A model generated the notes under the pieces. It was not told the origin of the DNA, ran no database searches, and saw only the letters and a program-made list of their open reading frames with translations. Source: Promethearchaeota archaeon (lineage in GTDB: Archaea > Asgardarchaeota > Lokiarchaeia > Sigyniarchaeales > SOKP01). From it: 10,398 nucleotides of DNA. Numbering within the stretch: the stretch's first letter is position 1; each line of letters begins with the position of its first letter. Both the position numbers and the translations under genes were made by a program. This document shows, piece after piece, positions 1 to 6,854 of this stretch. The DNA is taken from positions 1 to 10,398 of the forward strand of contig JAHLWH010000102.1 in NCBI GenBank assembly GCA_019058015.1, read 5' to 3'.

Positions 1-237
1 TCTCTCCCATTATAAATTGTGTCATTTAACTGATAAATTTAAATCTATATAAATCATATAATTTGCTCTTAAAAAAGTTATTAATTTTAAACAAATTAAT
101 TTTTAAAGACTTTAAATCTTTTAACTCTTTTTTCTCTTAAAGTTATAAGGGGTTAATAAGGTAAAGTGACTCCCATTTTAGAAGTGAATAATATATTATA
201 AGATGTTATTATCATTTTTTTAAGTCTGCTAATATTT

Positions 238-1152
238 TTATACACTCTGCTCCAATCTTATTTTTTCTTCTACTCTCTTTTCTTCTTTAAGTTCTTTCTT
301 CTCTTTATAAGTAAGATGTTTATCATAACGTTTAATATATAAATTCTCATATTTCTTTCTTAAATTCTCAACATCTTCTACATATCCAAGTATATTTTCT
401 AAACCATCTTCAAAGAATCTATTCTTTTTATATTTTGTTGCAGGAACTCCAACATAAATCCATCCTTCTTCAAGTTCTTGTCCAACAGTTGTAACAGAAT
501 TTGCTGCTAACACGCTATTTTTTCTTATATGAGTACCAGGCATACATATTGCGTGTGCTCCAATTCTTACATTATCTTCAATAATTGTTTTTTTTATTAT
601 TAACAACTTTCCAACAATACAAGCGGATTGAACGATGCTACCTTGTCCTATAATTATATTTTTTCCAAATTCAATGAATTCACAATCTACCCACCCCTCG
701 AATAACGAATTTGAAAATATTGTTTTAACTCCAAAGACTTTAAAACAAATATTATCAAGAAATGGAAACGGAAATTTGTGTGAAAGCCAAATTGGCCATT
801 TCTTAATTGTATTTCTTAAACTCCAATAGCAATAATCTTTATCTGATGCGTCTCTAAGAAAAATGCCTTCTTTTGGTTTATGAATTGCATTTATAATAAC
901 TAATATTAATTTTGCAAAAAGAATAGATGTAAATATTGCAGTTATATACATCACAAAACAGAGAAGTGGGAAAAAAAAATAGAAGTATAATGGTCTTATT
1001 GCATCCCAAAACCATTGCCAATAAAACCAAAATTCTAGTAAAACCGAGATCATTGAAATCCAGATGAGAAATATATAAAAGATTATATATTTCTTTTTAA
1101 CTAAAACAGTTGGGACAAATGGTCCAACCCGCATGCTTGTAGGTACTGACAT
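238..1152 (-). CDS. Membrane-anchored left-handed beta-helix (hexapeptide repeat) acyltransferase-like protein, paralog 3 of 3 in the operon
   Basis: 304-aa ORF with two long hydrophobic N-terminal segments, then HKPKEGIF...DYCYW, hexapeptide repeats (FGKNIIIGQGSIV, IEDNVRIGAHAICMPGTHIRKNSVLAANSV) and the typical closing WIYVGVPA motif. GAGGGG lies 7 nt upstream of the ATG. Confidence 0.85.
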   Translation of the reverse strand: MSVPTSMRVGPFVPTVLVKKKYIIFYIFLIWISMISVLLEFWFYWQWFWDAIRPLYFYFFFPLLCFVMYITAIFTSILFAKLILVIINAIHKPKEGIFLRDASDKDYCYWSLRNTIKKWPIWLSHKFPFPFLDNICFKVFGVKTIFSNSLFEGWVDCEFIEFGKNIIIGQGSIVQSACIVGKLLIIKKTIIEDNVRIGAHAICMPGTHIRKNSVLAANSVTTVGQELEEGWIYVGVPATKYKKNRFFEDGLENILGYVEDVENLRKKYENLYIKRYDKHLTYKEKKELKEEKRVEEKIRLEQSV

Positions 1153-1159
1153 TTTTTAA

Positions 1160-1165
1160 CCCCTC
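1160..1165 (-). promoter_or_regulatory. Shine-Dalgarno-like site for the 238..1152 gene
   Basis: The minus strand reads GAGGGG-TTAAAAA-ATG in the 16-nt gap between two co-oriented genes. Confidence 0.6.
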
Positions 1166-1168
1166 AAA

Positions 1169-2101
1169 TTACAAGTTATATTTTTCTTTCTTATCATCTT
1201 CAATATTAATTTCTTGTTCAACATTAATCGCTTCCTCCTCATCCACACTCCTTTTAGTCATATGTTTTATAAATGTAAACTTGTTTGGTTTTAATTTAAT
1301 ACATGGAATTCCAAAATAAATCCATTCTGATTCAAGCACTTGATTGTATATCGTAGAAGAAATAGCACCTAAAAGTGAATCTTTACCTGTAATTGTTCCT
1401 GGTGAAACACAAGCCATTCCTCCTATTACTGTGTAATCATCAAGAATAATTCGTTTAATAATTAAATATTTACCAACTATCATTGAACTCATAACAACTG
1501 AGCCCTGTCCAACCATTACTTTACGTCCTAAATTAATAAATTCAATATCAAACCAAGAATCTAGAAGATGACTTGAAAAATCCATTTTTACTCCAAACCA
1601 TCTGAAAGTTATAATATCCATCCAAGGTAGAGGACATGCTCTCAATAACCATAAAATTAATTTTTTTAATTGAATTCGAAGACACCAAAACTCAAAATTC
1701 TTATCTCCTAATTCCGCTCTAAATACTCCCTCTCTGGGTTTGTGAATTAAATTAATAATAATTAAGAATAATTTACCAAAAAAAACACAACCAAAAATAA
1801 AAATGAAAAGCATGGACAATATAGCAATAGGTAGATATAAAATCGGAAAAAGCCAGAAAATCCAGTTCTCTTGAATTGAAGGGAGATTTTTAGTGTATTG
1901 ATACCAGTATATCGCAACTAATATACCGCTAAACCAAAAAATCGGAATATATATTGCTAAAAACTTAATATCAACTCTGCTAATAGCACTACTTGTAGTA
2001 AAATCAATAATTAAATTATGCTTTTCATTATTTTCTGATATACTTAATTCATTATTTTCTCCTTCACTTGTATTATTATTAACTTCAATTATTTTAATAA
2101 T
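1169..2101 (-). CDS. Membrane-anchored LbH acyltransferase-like protein, paralog 2 of 3; true start is upstream of the ORF-track start (1819) and uncertain (about 2089-2101)
   Basis: The frame stays open from 1819 up to 2104 (TGA at 2105-2107). It adds ..EVNNNTSEGENNELSISENNEKHNLIIDFTTSSAISRVDIKFLAIYIPIFWFSGILVAIYWYQYTKNLPSIQENWIFWLFPILYLPIAI.., which supplies the missing first TM helix and gives ~306-310 aa, like its paralogs. The core has HKPREGVF...NFEFW, LGRKVMVGQGSVV, LDDYTVIGGMACVSPG and WIYFGIPC. Confidence 0.8.
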   Translation of the reverse strand: MIKIIEVNNNTSEGENNELSISENNEKHNLIIDFTTSSAISRVDIKFLAIYIPIFWFSGILVAIYWYQYTKNLPSIQENWIFWLFPILYLPIAILSMLFIFIFGCVFFGKLFLIIINLIHKPREGVFRAELGDKNFEFWCLRIQLKKLILWLLRACPLPWMDIITFRWFGVKMDFSSHLLDSWFDIEFINLGRKVMVGQGSVVMSSMIVGKYLIIKRIILDDYTVIGGMACVSPGTITGKDSLLGAISSTIYNQVLESEWIYFGIPCIKLKPNKFTFIKHMTKRSVDEEEAINVEQEINIEDDKKEKYNL

Positions 2102-3006
2102 ACATCACTCTCCATTTTTTCCTTAAGTTTTTTTTGTCTAATTCTTAACTCTTTATCTTTTTCTAAATCTTCTTTAGAGATCTTTAAATAATCCATTATC
2201 TTTTTCGTGAAAATCTTGCGCATAGGTATTCCAAAATAATAATTATTCCCCTTGGTGGTTTGGTTTTTACCGGTAGAGCCTAAGGGCAATAAATAAGAGT
2301 TATCTTGGATATCACATCCAGGACCGACTATGTTAAATGCCGTACAAGTAACATTATCTCCAAGTTTTATTTCAAAATAAGGTATCCGACCAAATGTTCC
2401 CTCAACAGTGTGTGAACATATTGCTGAATTAACTCCAATATAACAATCTTCACCTACATCAATAAATTTATCACCAACAATTTCCTCTTCAATTGTTGTA
2501 CCTTTTCCAATTTTATTTGATCCAACGAAATTATAATACCAATTCAGTAACCAAGGAAAAAGACCTTTAGTGAATACATATTTCCCATATTTAATTACAA
2601 ATGAACGTATATGGTAATAGTTTAAAGTATCGCTAGGAATATTTCGTGGAATAATCCCATTCTTTGTTGGAGACTTCTTTTCAGTAAATCTCCAGCACCA
2701 TCGAGTTAATAAACCTATAAAAAATAAATGAATTAAATAACAACTGATAATAATTAATGGCATTAATGTTAAAGCAAGTAAGGGGTTTAATTCTATAAAA
2801 AGAGAAACAAAATTTGTGGTCTGTAAAAAGTATGGTACAAAATATAGCAATATAAATAACATTAAAATTATACCAGGTAAGAAATATGATCCTAAATATA
2901 TAAAAGCAAAAAATGTGAGATAAAAATGAAATTGAAGGTTAATTTCTTGTTTTTCTATTTCATCTTTATTATTGTTTGAAATCAAATCTTCACCGTTTTC
3001 AGCCAT
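2089..3006 (-). CDS. Membrane-anchored LbH acyltransferase-like protein, paralog 1 of 3 (carries an S-H-x-x-E motif)
   Basis: 305-aa ORF with two TM segments, then PTKNGI...NYYH, YNFVGSNKIGKGTTI, VGEDCYIGVNSAICSHTVEG, LGDNVTC..VGPGCDI and YYFGIP. AGAGGA at 3014-3019 precedes the ATG. Confidence 0.85.
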   Translation of the reverse strand: MAENGEDLISNNNKDEIEKQEINLQFHFYLTFFAFIYLGSYFLPGIILMLFILLYFVPYFLQTTNFVSLFIELNPLLALTLMPLIIISCYLIHLFFIGLLTRWCWRFTEKKSPTKNGIIPRNIPSDTLNYYHIRSFVIKYGKYVFTKGLFPWLLNWYYNFVGSNKIGKGTTIEEEIVGDKFIDVGEDCYIGVNSAICSHTVEGTFGRIPYFEIKLGDNVTCTAFNIVGPGCDIQDNSYLLPLGSTGKNQTTKGNNYYFGIPMRKIFTKKIMDYLKISKEDLEKDKELRIRQKKLKEKMESDVLLK

Positions 3007-3156
3007 TTTTATTTCCTCTAAACTAAAATTAGATTATTTTTCATTTTTTTTCCAACAATATTAAAGACACAAAATAATCTTTATTTGTTATTTATAAAAT
3101 TTTTAATTAAGAGTTTTTATTTAATATAATTATTTCTTTTTATAACCTATAATAAA

Positions 3157-3225
3157 TTATAAATGTTCAATACAACAACCCGTTACCCCTCTGTGACTAA
3201 ATGCAATTAGCTTCCTTATATCCAT
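3157..3225 (-). pseudogene. Probable N-terminal remnant of a glycerophosphodiester phosphodiesterase (GDPD/UgpQ-like) gene
   Basis: ATG-started 22-aa ORF MDIRKLIAFSHRGVTGCCIEHL* in a locally GC-richer patch of a very AT-rich spacer. HRG-x6-E near an N-terminal Met fits the GDPD start pattern (I-x-A-HRG-x6-ENT). Confidence 0.45.
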
Positions 3226-3299
3226 ATATAATTCTTAACGATTTTTATATAAGAATATAAAAAAATATAATTTTTATATAAATTTAGATTTAAATTATC

Positions 3300-4205
3300 A
3301 TGGAAAATAATAAAAAACAAGTTAATAAAATGGGAGAAAATTCGGAAAAAGAGCAAATAATTGAAGAGAAAGAACATATGGAAAAAAAAACCTTTTCCCT
3401 AAGAGTAAAGAAATATTTTAAAAAGTTATTTGATTTTTCCAATTATGATGTTAAAACAATAGTATATATAATAATCTTTATCTTCTTGTTTGGCATCTCA
3501 TTGTATTTATTATATTATATTTACTTTGTCGACCAAACCTTTCTATATCGTTTGGTTATTGAATGGTTCGTTAATCCAATTTATCTACTAGCATTTTGGG
3601 GTATATTACTTTTTATTGCCATTATGGCTATTCAAGGTCTTTTAGTTCCTATTCCATCTGAAATTGTGCTTTTAGCTACTGGAATGATTTGGGGTTTGGT
3701 CGGAGGAGGAATAATGGGAATTATTGGATCAATGGCAGCGGCACTCTTATGTTTCTATATAAGCAGAAAAGGTGGAAGACCATTAGTTGAAAAGTTTATT
3801 GGAGAAAAGGCTTTATTTCTAGCGGATAATTTTATAGGGAAATATGGGATGGGAACAATTATAGTGGCAAGATTTCTGCCTTTTATCGCTTTTGATCCCA
3901 TCAGTTATGGAGCAGGATTAGTCGATTTAGATGTGAAAAAATATTCAATAGGAACATTTATTGGCTCTATTCCCAGAGCTTTTTTCTACTCATGGCTTGG
4001 AAGTATTTTATTTCCTCCTGGAATGAGTTTTCCAATTAATTTAGAAGATATACCTCTTGAACAGTTAGAAGCCTATTCAGCTAATTTCAATTTTATTCTA
4101 ATAATAATATTGGGTGTTTTAGTAATACTTTTTGGCATTTATTACCTATTCTCAATATATTTAGAGAGAAAAGCTAAGATAAAACGTGAGAATTCAAACG
4201 CATAA
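3300..4205 (+). CDS. DedA-superfamily VTT-domain (TVP38/TMEM64, SNARE_assoc) membrane protein
   Basis: Multi-TM protein with family-typical motifs QGLLVPIPSEIV..ATG..WG, GSMAAA...FYISRKGGR, ARFLPFIAFDPISYGAG and GTFIGSIP. An alternative start is possible at 3330. Confidence 0.9.
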   Translation: MENNKKQVNKMGENSEKEQIIEEKEHMEKKTFSLRVKKYFKKLFDFSNYDVKTIVYIIIFIFLFGISLYLLYYIYFVDQTFLYRLVIEWFVNPIYLLAFWGILLFIAIMAIQGLLVPIPSEIVLLATGMIWGLVGGGIMGIIGSMAAALLCFYISRKGGRPLVEKFIGEKALFLADNFIGKYGMGTIIVARFLPFIAFDPISYGAGLVDLDVKKYSIGTFIGSIPRAFFYSWLGSILFPPGMSFPINLEDIPLEQLEAYSANFNFILIIILGVLVILFGIYYLFSIYLERKAKIKRENSNA

Positions 4206-4338
4206 GAGTTAAGATAAATTTATAACAATAAAATTATATATTTTTATAAATCTCAAGAATATTATCTAAATATAATTAAAATACCTCCCAAAAATAGATT
4301 TTAAATTTTTTCAAGGAAAATACAACTAGTAATATAGG

Positions 4339-5118
4339 ATGGATGTAAGAGAAAAAAGTAATAAACGCATTTTAAGGCGCTGGAAATTATATTGGGAAAT
4401 TTCAGAAGTCGGTGCGATTGCTCGTCGATATTTTATTATGAACTTTACAGATGGTCTTTTAACAACGCTGGGAATTATAATCGGAATCTTTACTTTATAT
4501 ATAAGATATCAATCTCTATATTCAACAACTGATATCCTTATTTTACCTGGTATTGCTACAGCAATTGCTATGGGTGTTTCTGGTATCTCTGGATCTCTCC
4601 TTTCTGAAGAAGCTGAAAGAGCAAAAATCAATTACGACTTGAGAAAAGCGATGGCAATATATCATGAAGATGATGATTCAGAGAATGAAGAAAGTGATCT
4701 TGATAATCAAAATCAAATAAAAGAGGAAATATTGAAGCATATGATTGGGTTAAGCCGAAAAGCGAAAGAAACCTACATAAAAAAACAAATTGAGGTTGAA
4801 TCAAACAAGAAATCTCATAAGAAAGAAAAGGATCTTAATGAGAAAGCAGAAGATTTTGCTTCACGTATTTTGGCTATTATTAATGGACTTTCTTCATTCT
4901 TAGGAGCATTACTAATGTTGACTCCATTTTTATTTAATCCCAATCTAATATATATACAATTCATAATTTCTTTTATCATAATAATTATCACTGTATTCCT
5001 CTTAGCTCAATATTTAGCCAGACTGTCTAAGGGATCAGTAATTAAATATTTTATTCATTTCTTATTAGCCATAATAATAACGATAATTTTGACACTAACA
5101 ATTGGAACACTTACCTAA
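4339..5118 (+). CDS. VIT1/CCC1-family Fe2+/Mn2+ transporter-like protein (archaeal type)
   Basis: ARRYFIMNFTDGLLTTLGII (conserved DG) and GIATAIAMGVSGISG..LSEEAE (conserved Met and Glu cluster), then a soluble charged insert, SSFLGAL...PF and further TM helices. Confidence 0.85.
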   Translation: MDVREKSNKRILRRWKLYWEISEVGAIARRYFIMNFTDGLLTTLGIIIGIFTLYIRYQSLYSTTDILILPGIATAIAMGVSGISGSLLSEEAERAKINYDLRKAMAIYHEDDDSENEESDLDNQNQIKEEILKHMIGLSRKAKETYIKKQIEVESNKKSHKKEKDLNEKAEDFASRILAIINGLSSFLGALLMLTPFLFNPNLIYIQFIISFIIIIITVFLLAQYLARLSKGSVIKYFIHFLLAIIITIILTLTIGTLT

Positions 5119-5238
5119 ACTTATAATTCTGAAATTAACTTATCTCTTAATTTCTCCAATTGTGTATTAACCGCAAAATTTTCGATTCCCATATTATTAA
5201 TTTTAAAATTCATCATAATAATTTCAGATTAAAATTAT

Positions 5239-5452
5239 TTAAAATACTCTTATAACAGGAATCTTAAGTAAGTTGGTAATGATGTGTTTATATCCACCTA
5301 TTCCTCTGGGATCAATCAAAACGATATATTTTTCATTATCAAATAGCGGTTCTATAACCATTTTGTAATTTTTGCCCATAATAATCAGTATTCTATCGTA
5401 ATTCTCTTGAATGGCTTTGATTTCTCTTATATTTTATCTTTATATCATACGG
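5239..5452 (-). pseudogene. Frameshifted gene fragment, possibly DUF6884-like C-terminal half
   Basis: One frame gives ..PYDIKIK (5452-5432). An adjacent frame (5433-5239) gives NIREIKAIQENYDRILIIMGKNYKMVIEPLFDNEKYIVLIDPRGIGGYKHIITNLLKIPVIRVF*. It has protein-like composition but no start at its 5' end. The family resemblance (PYD..G-x-x-Y..GIG) is from recall only. Confidence 0.4.
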
Positions 5453-5462
5453 TTTTCCGTTT

Positions 5463-5720
5463 TTAATGGTAACGAGGAGCTCCTTTCTTCCTTCTTAATT
5501 CTCTAAACTCATCAATTCTACTCAGCCAGTCTGCCAAATCAGAGTTTGGTTTATAATATCTGATTTCCTTATAATCTCTATATCGATATTTGGGTTCGAA
5601 ATAATGTCGATCTTTATCCGAAAATAAATAATTGCCGAATACGAGAGAATCCTTTGCGTAATTATCGGAACTGACCAATGTTAGATGAGGGTGGGCGGCT
5701 TCAAACTGCCTTATTTTCAC
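5463..5720 (-). CDS. Hypothetical protein or gene fragment (frame open further upstream to 5852)
   Basis: GTG-started 85-aa ORF with globular, Tyr/Arg/Asp-rich composition. The upstream in-frame sequence (..WCEDAPDEPLFIKFSKIFEDKTLYGLN) also looks coding. No family recognised. Confidence 0.4.
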   Translation of the reverse strand: MKIRQFEAAHPHLTLVSSDNYAKDSLVFGNYLFSDKDRHYFEPKYRYRDYKEIRYYKPNSDLADWLSRIDEFRELRRKKGAPRYH

Positions 5721-6047
5721 GTTCAGTCCGTAAAGAGTTTTATCCTCAAAGATTTTTGAGAACTTGATAAATAAAGGCTCATCCGGGGCATCCTCGCACC
5801 AATTATGGGAATTTTTAATCCTTAAAAATATACTTAAATTGGTAAAATATATTTATTTATATTTTTCTTCTTCAGTAAAAAAGGTCAAAAACACAAAAAA
5901 GGTCGAATTTCAAGCGATTTTGGAATTCATAATCAAATTATATTCATTTTTATCAATTTACCTAAATAAGAAAGTTTTTATTCTCTTTTCAATTAATTCT
6001 AATTAATTTTTACGATTAAAGCATAATTTACTTATAATATTGATTGT

Positions 6048-6839
6048 ATGAAAACTGTTGGAATAGATATCGGCTCACTCTCAACTAAAATTGTTCTATT
6101 AGATGATAATAATAAAATCAAAAATTATAAAATAGCAAGATCCACTCATAATTTTCAAAAAATTGGTCATCAATTGTTTAATCAAATAATGTCTGAAGAA
6201 AATTTGCAGAGGAAAGATGTTTTTATTATGAGCACTGGTTATGGACGGCATACTATTGATATTGCTGATCAAAAGGTAACCGAAATCACGGCTCATGCGA
6301 AGGGTGTATTATACTTCTTTCCAGAGGCAACCTCTGTTATTGATATTGGGGGCCAAGATTCCAAAGCAATTTTAATATCTTCAAAAACTAAGAGCCCTAT
6401 AGACTTTCAAATGAATGATAAGTGTGCAGCTGGCACAGGACGTTTCTTAGAGGTTATGGCAAATGCTTTAGAGGTACCTATAGAAAAATTAGGTGATTTA
6501 GCATTAAGATCAAAAAAACCGGAATCTATCTCATCAACTTGTACAGTATTTGCGGAGTCAGAAGTAATATCATTATTTGCACAAGGAGCTAAGAAAGAAG
6601 ATATTGCAGCCGGCATACACAAATCTATCGCTAGGCGAGTAGCTTCTATGGCAAAAAGAATTAGTGTTAAGCCACAATTAATTTTTTGTGGCGGAGTAGC
6701 TAAAAACCCTGCAATGAAGGTCTTTTTGGAAAATGAGCTTGAATTTAAAATTAAAATTCCGCAATTTGGCAATAATTTGGATGCACCTCAAATAACAGGC
6801 GCATTAGGCGCAGCCTTAATTGCTCGGGAAAAAGTGTAA
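6048..6839 (+). CDS. 2-hydroxyacyl-CoA dehydratase activase-type ATPase (HgdC/HadI/YjiL; BadF/BadG/BcrA/BcrD ASKHA family), [4Fe-4S]-binding
   Basis: All hallmark motifs are present: GIDIGSLSTK, STGYGR, TEITAHAKG, VIDIGGQDSK, MNDKCAAGTGRFLE, ISSTCTVFAESEVIS, GGVAKN and GALGAAL. Both cluster-ligating Cys are intact. Confidence 0.95.
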   Translation: MKTVGIDIGSLSTKIVLLDDNNKIKNYKIARSTHNFQKIGHQLFNQIMSEENLQRKDVFIMSTGYGRHTIDIADQKVTEITAHAKGVLYFFPEATSVIDIGGQDSKAILISSKTKSPIDFQMNDKCAAGTGRFLEVMANALEVPIEKLGDLALRSKKPESISSTCTVFAESEVISLFAQGAKKEDIAAGIHKSIARRVASMAKRISVKPQLIFCGGVAKNPAMKVFLENELEFKIKIPQFGNNLDAPQITGALGAALIAREKV

Positions 6840-6854
6840 AGTAATAATTATTTT

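Noticed and set aside
1-25. Possible start of a minus-strand gene (in-frame ATGs at 25 and 10) leaving the window
   Set aside because: At most 8 codons are visible, too little to support a call.
31-47. Near-identical inverted match between 31-47 and 3285-3300 (TAGATTTAAATT[T]ATCA) flanking the LbH operon
   Set aside because: Almost all A/T with an indel; no transposase or target-site duplication, so chance is likely.
102-116. Palindrome TTTAAAG-A-CTTTAAA
   Set aside because: Short and AT-rich; expected by chance in this spacer.
635-829. 64-aa plus-strand ORF
   Set aside because: Antisense shadow inside the well-supported 238..1152 gene, with no motif.
5711-5791. Minus-strand ATG ORF (MPRMSLYL..TD) ending in TGA-ACG-TGA, considered as selenocysteine read-through
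   Set aside because: A TAA follows almost at once, there is no redox-motif context, and no SECIS-like hairpin was recognised.
5764-6006. 80-aa plus-strand ORF
   Set aside because: TTG start and an I/L/F/K/Y-biased sequence typical of translated AT-rich spacer; it overlaps a more protein-like minus frame.
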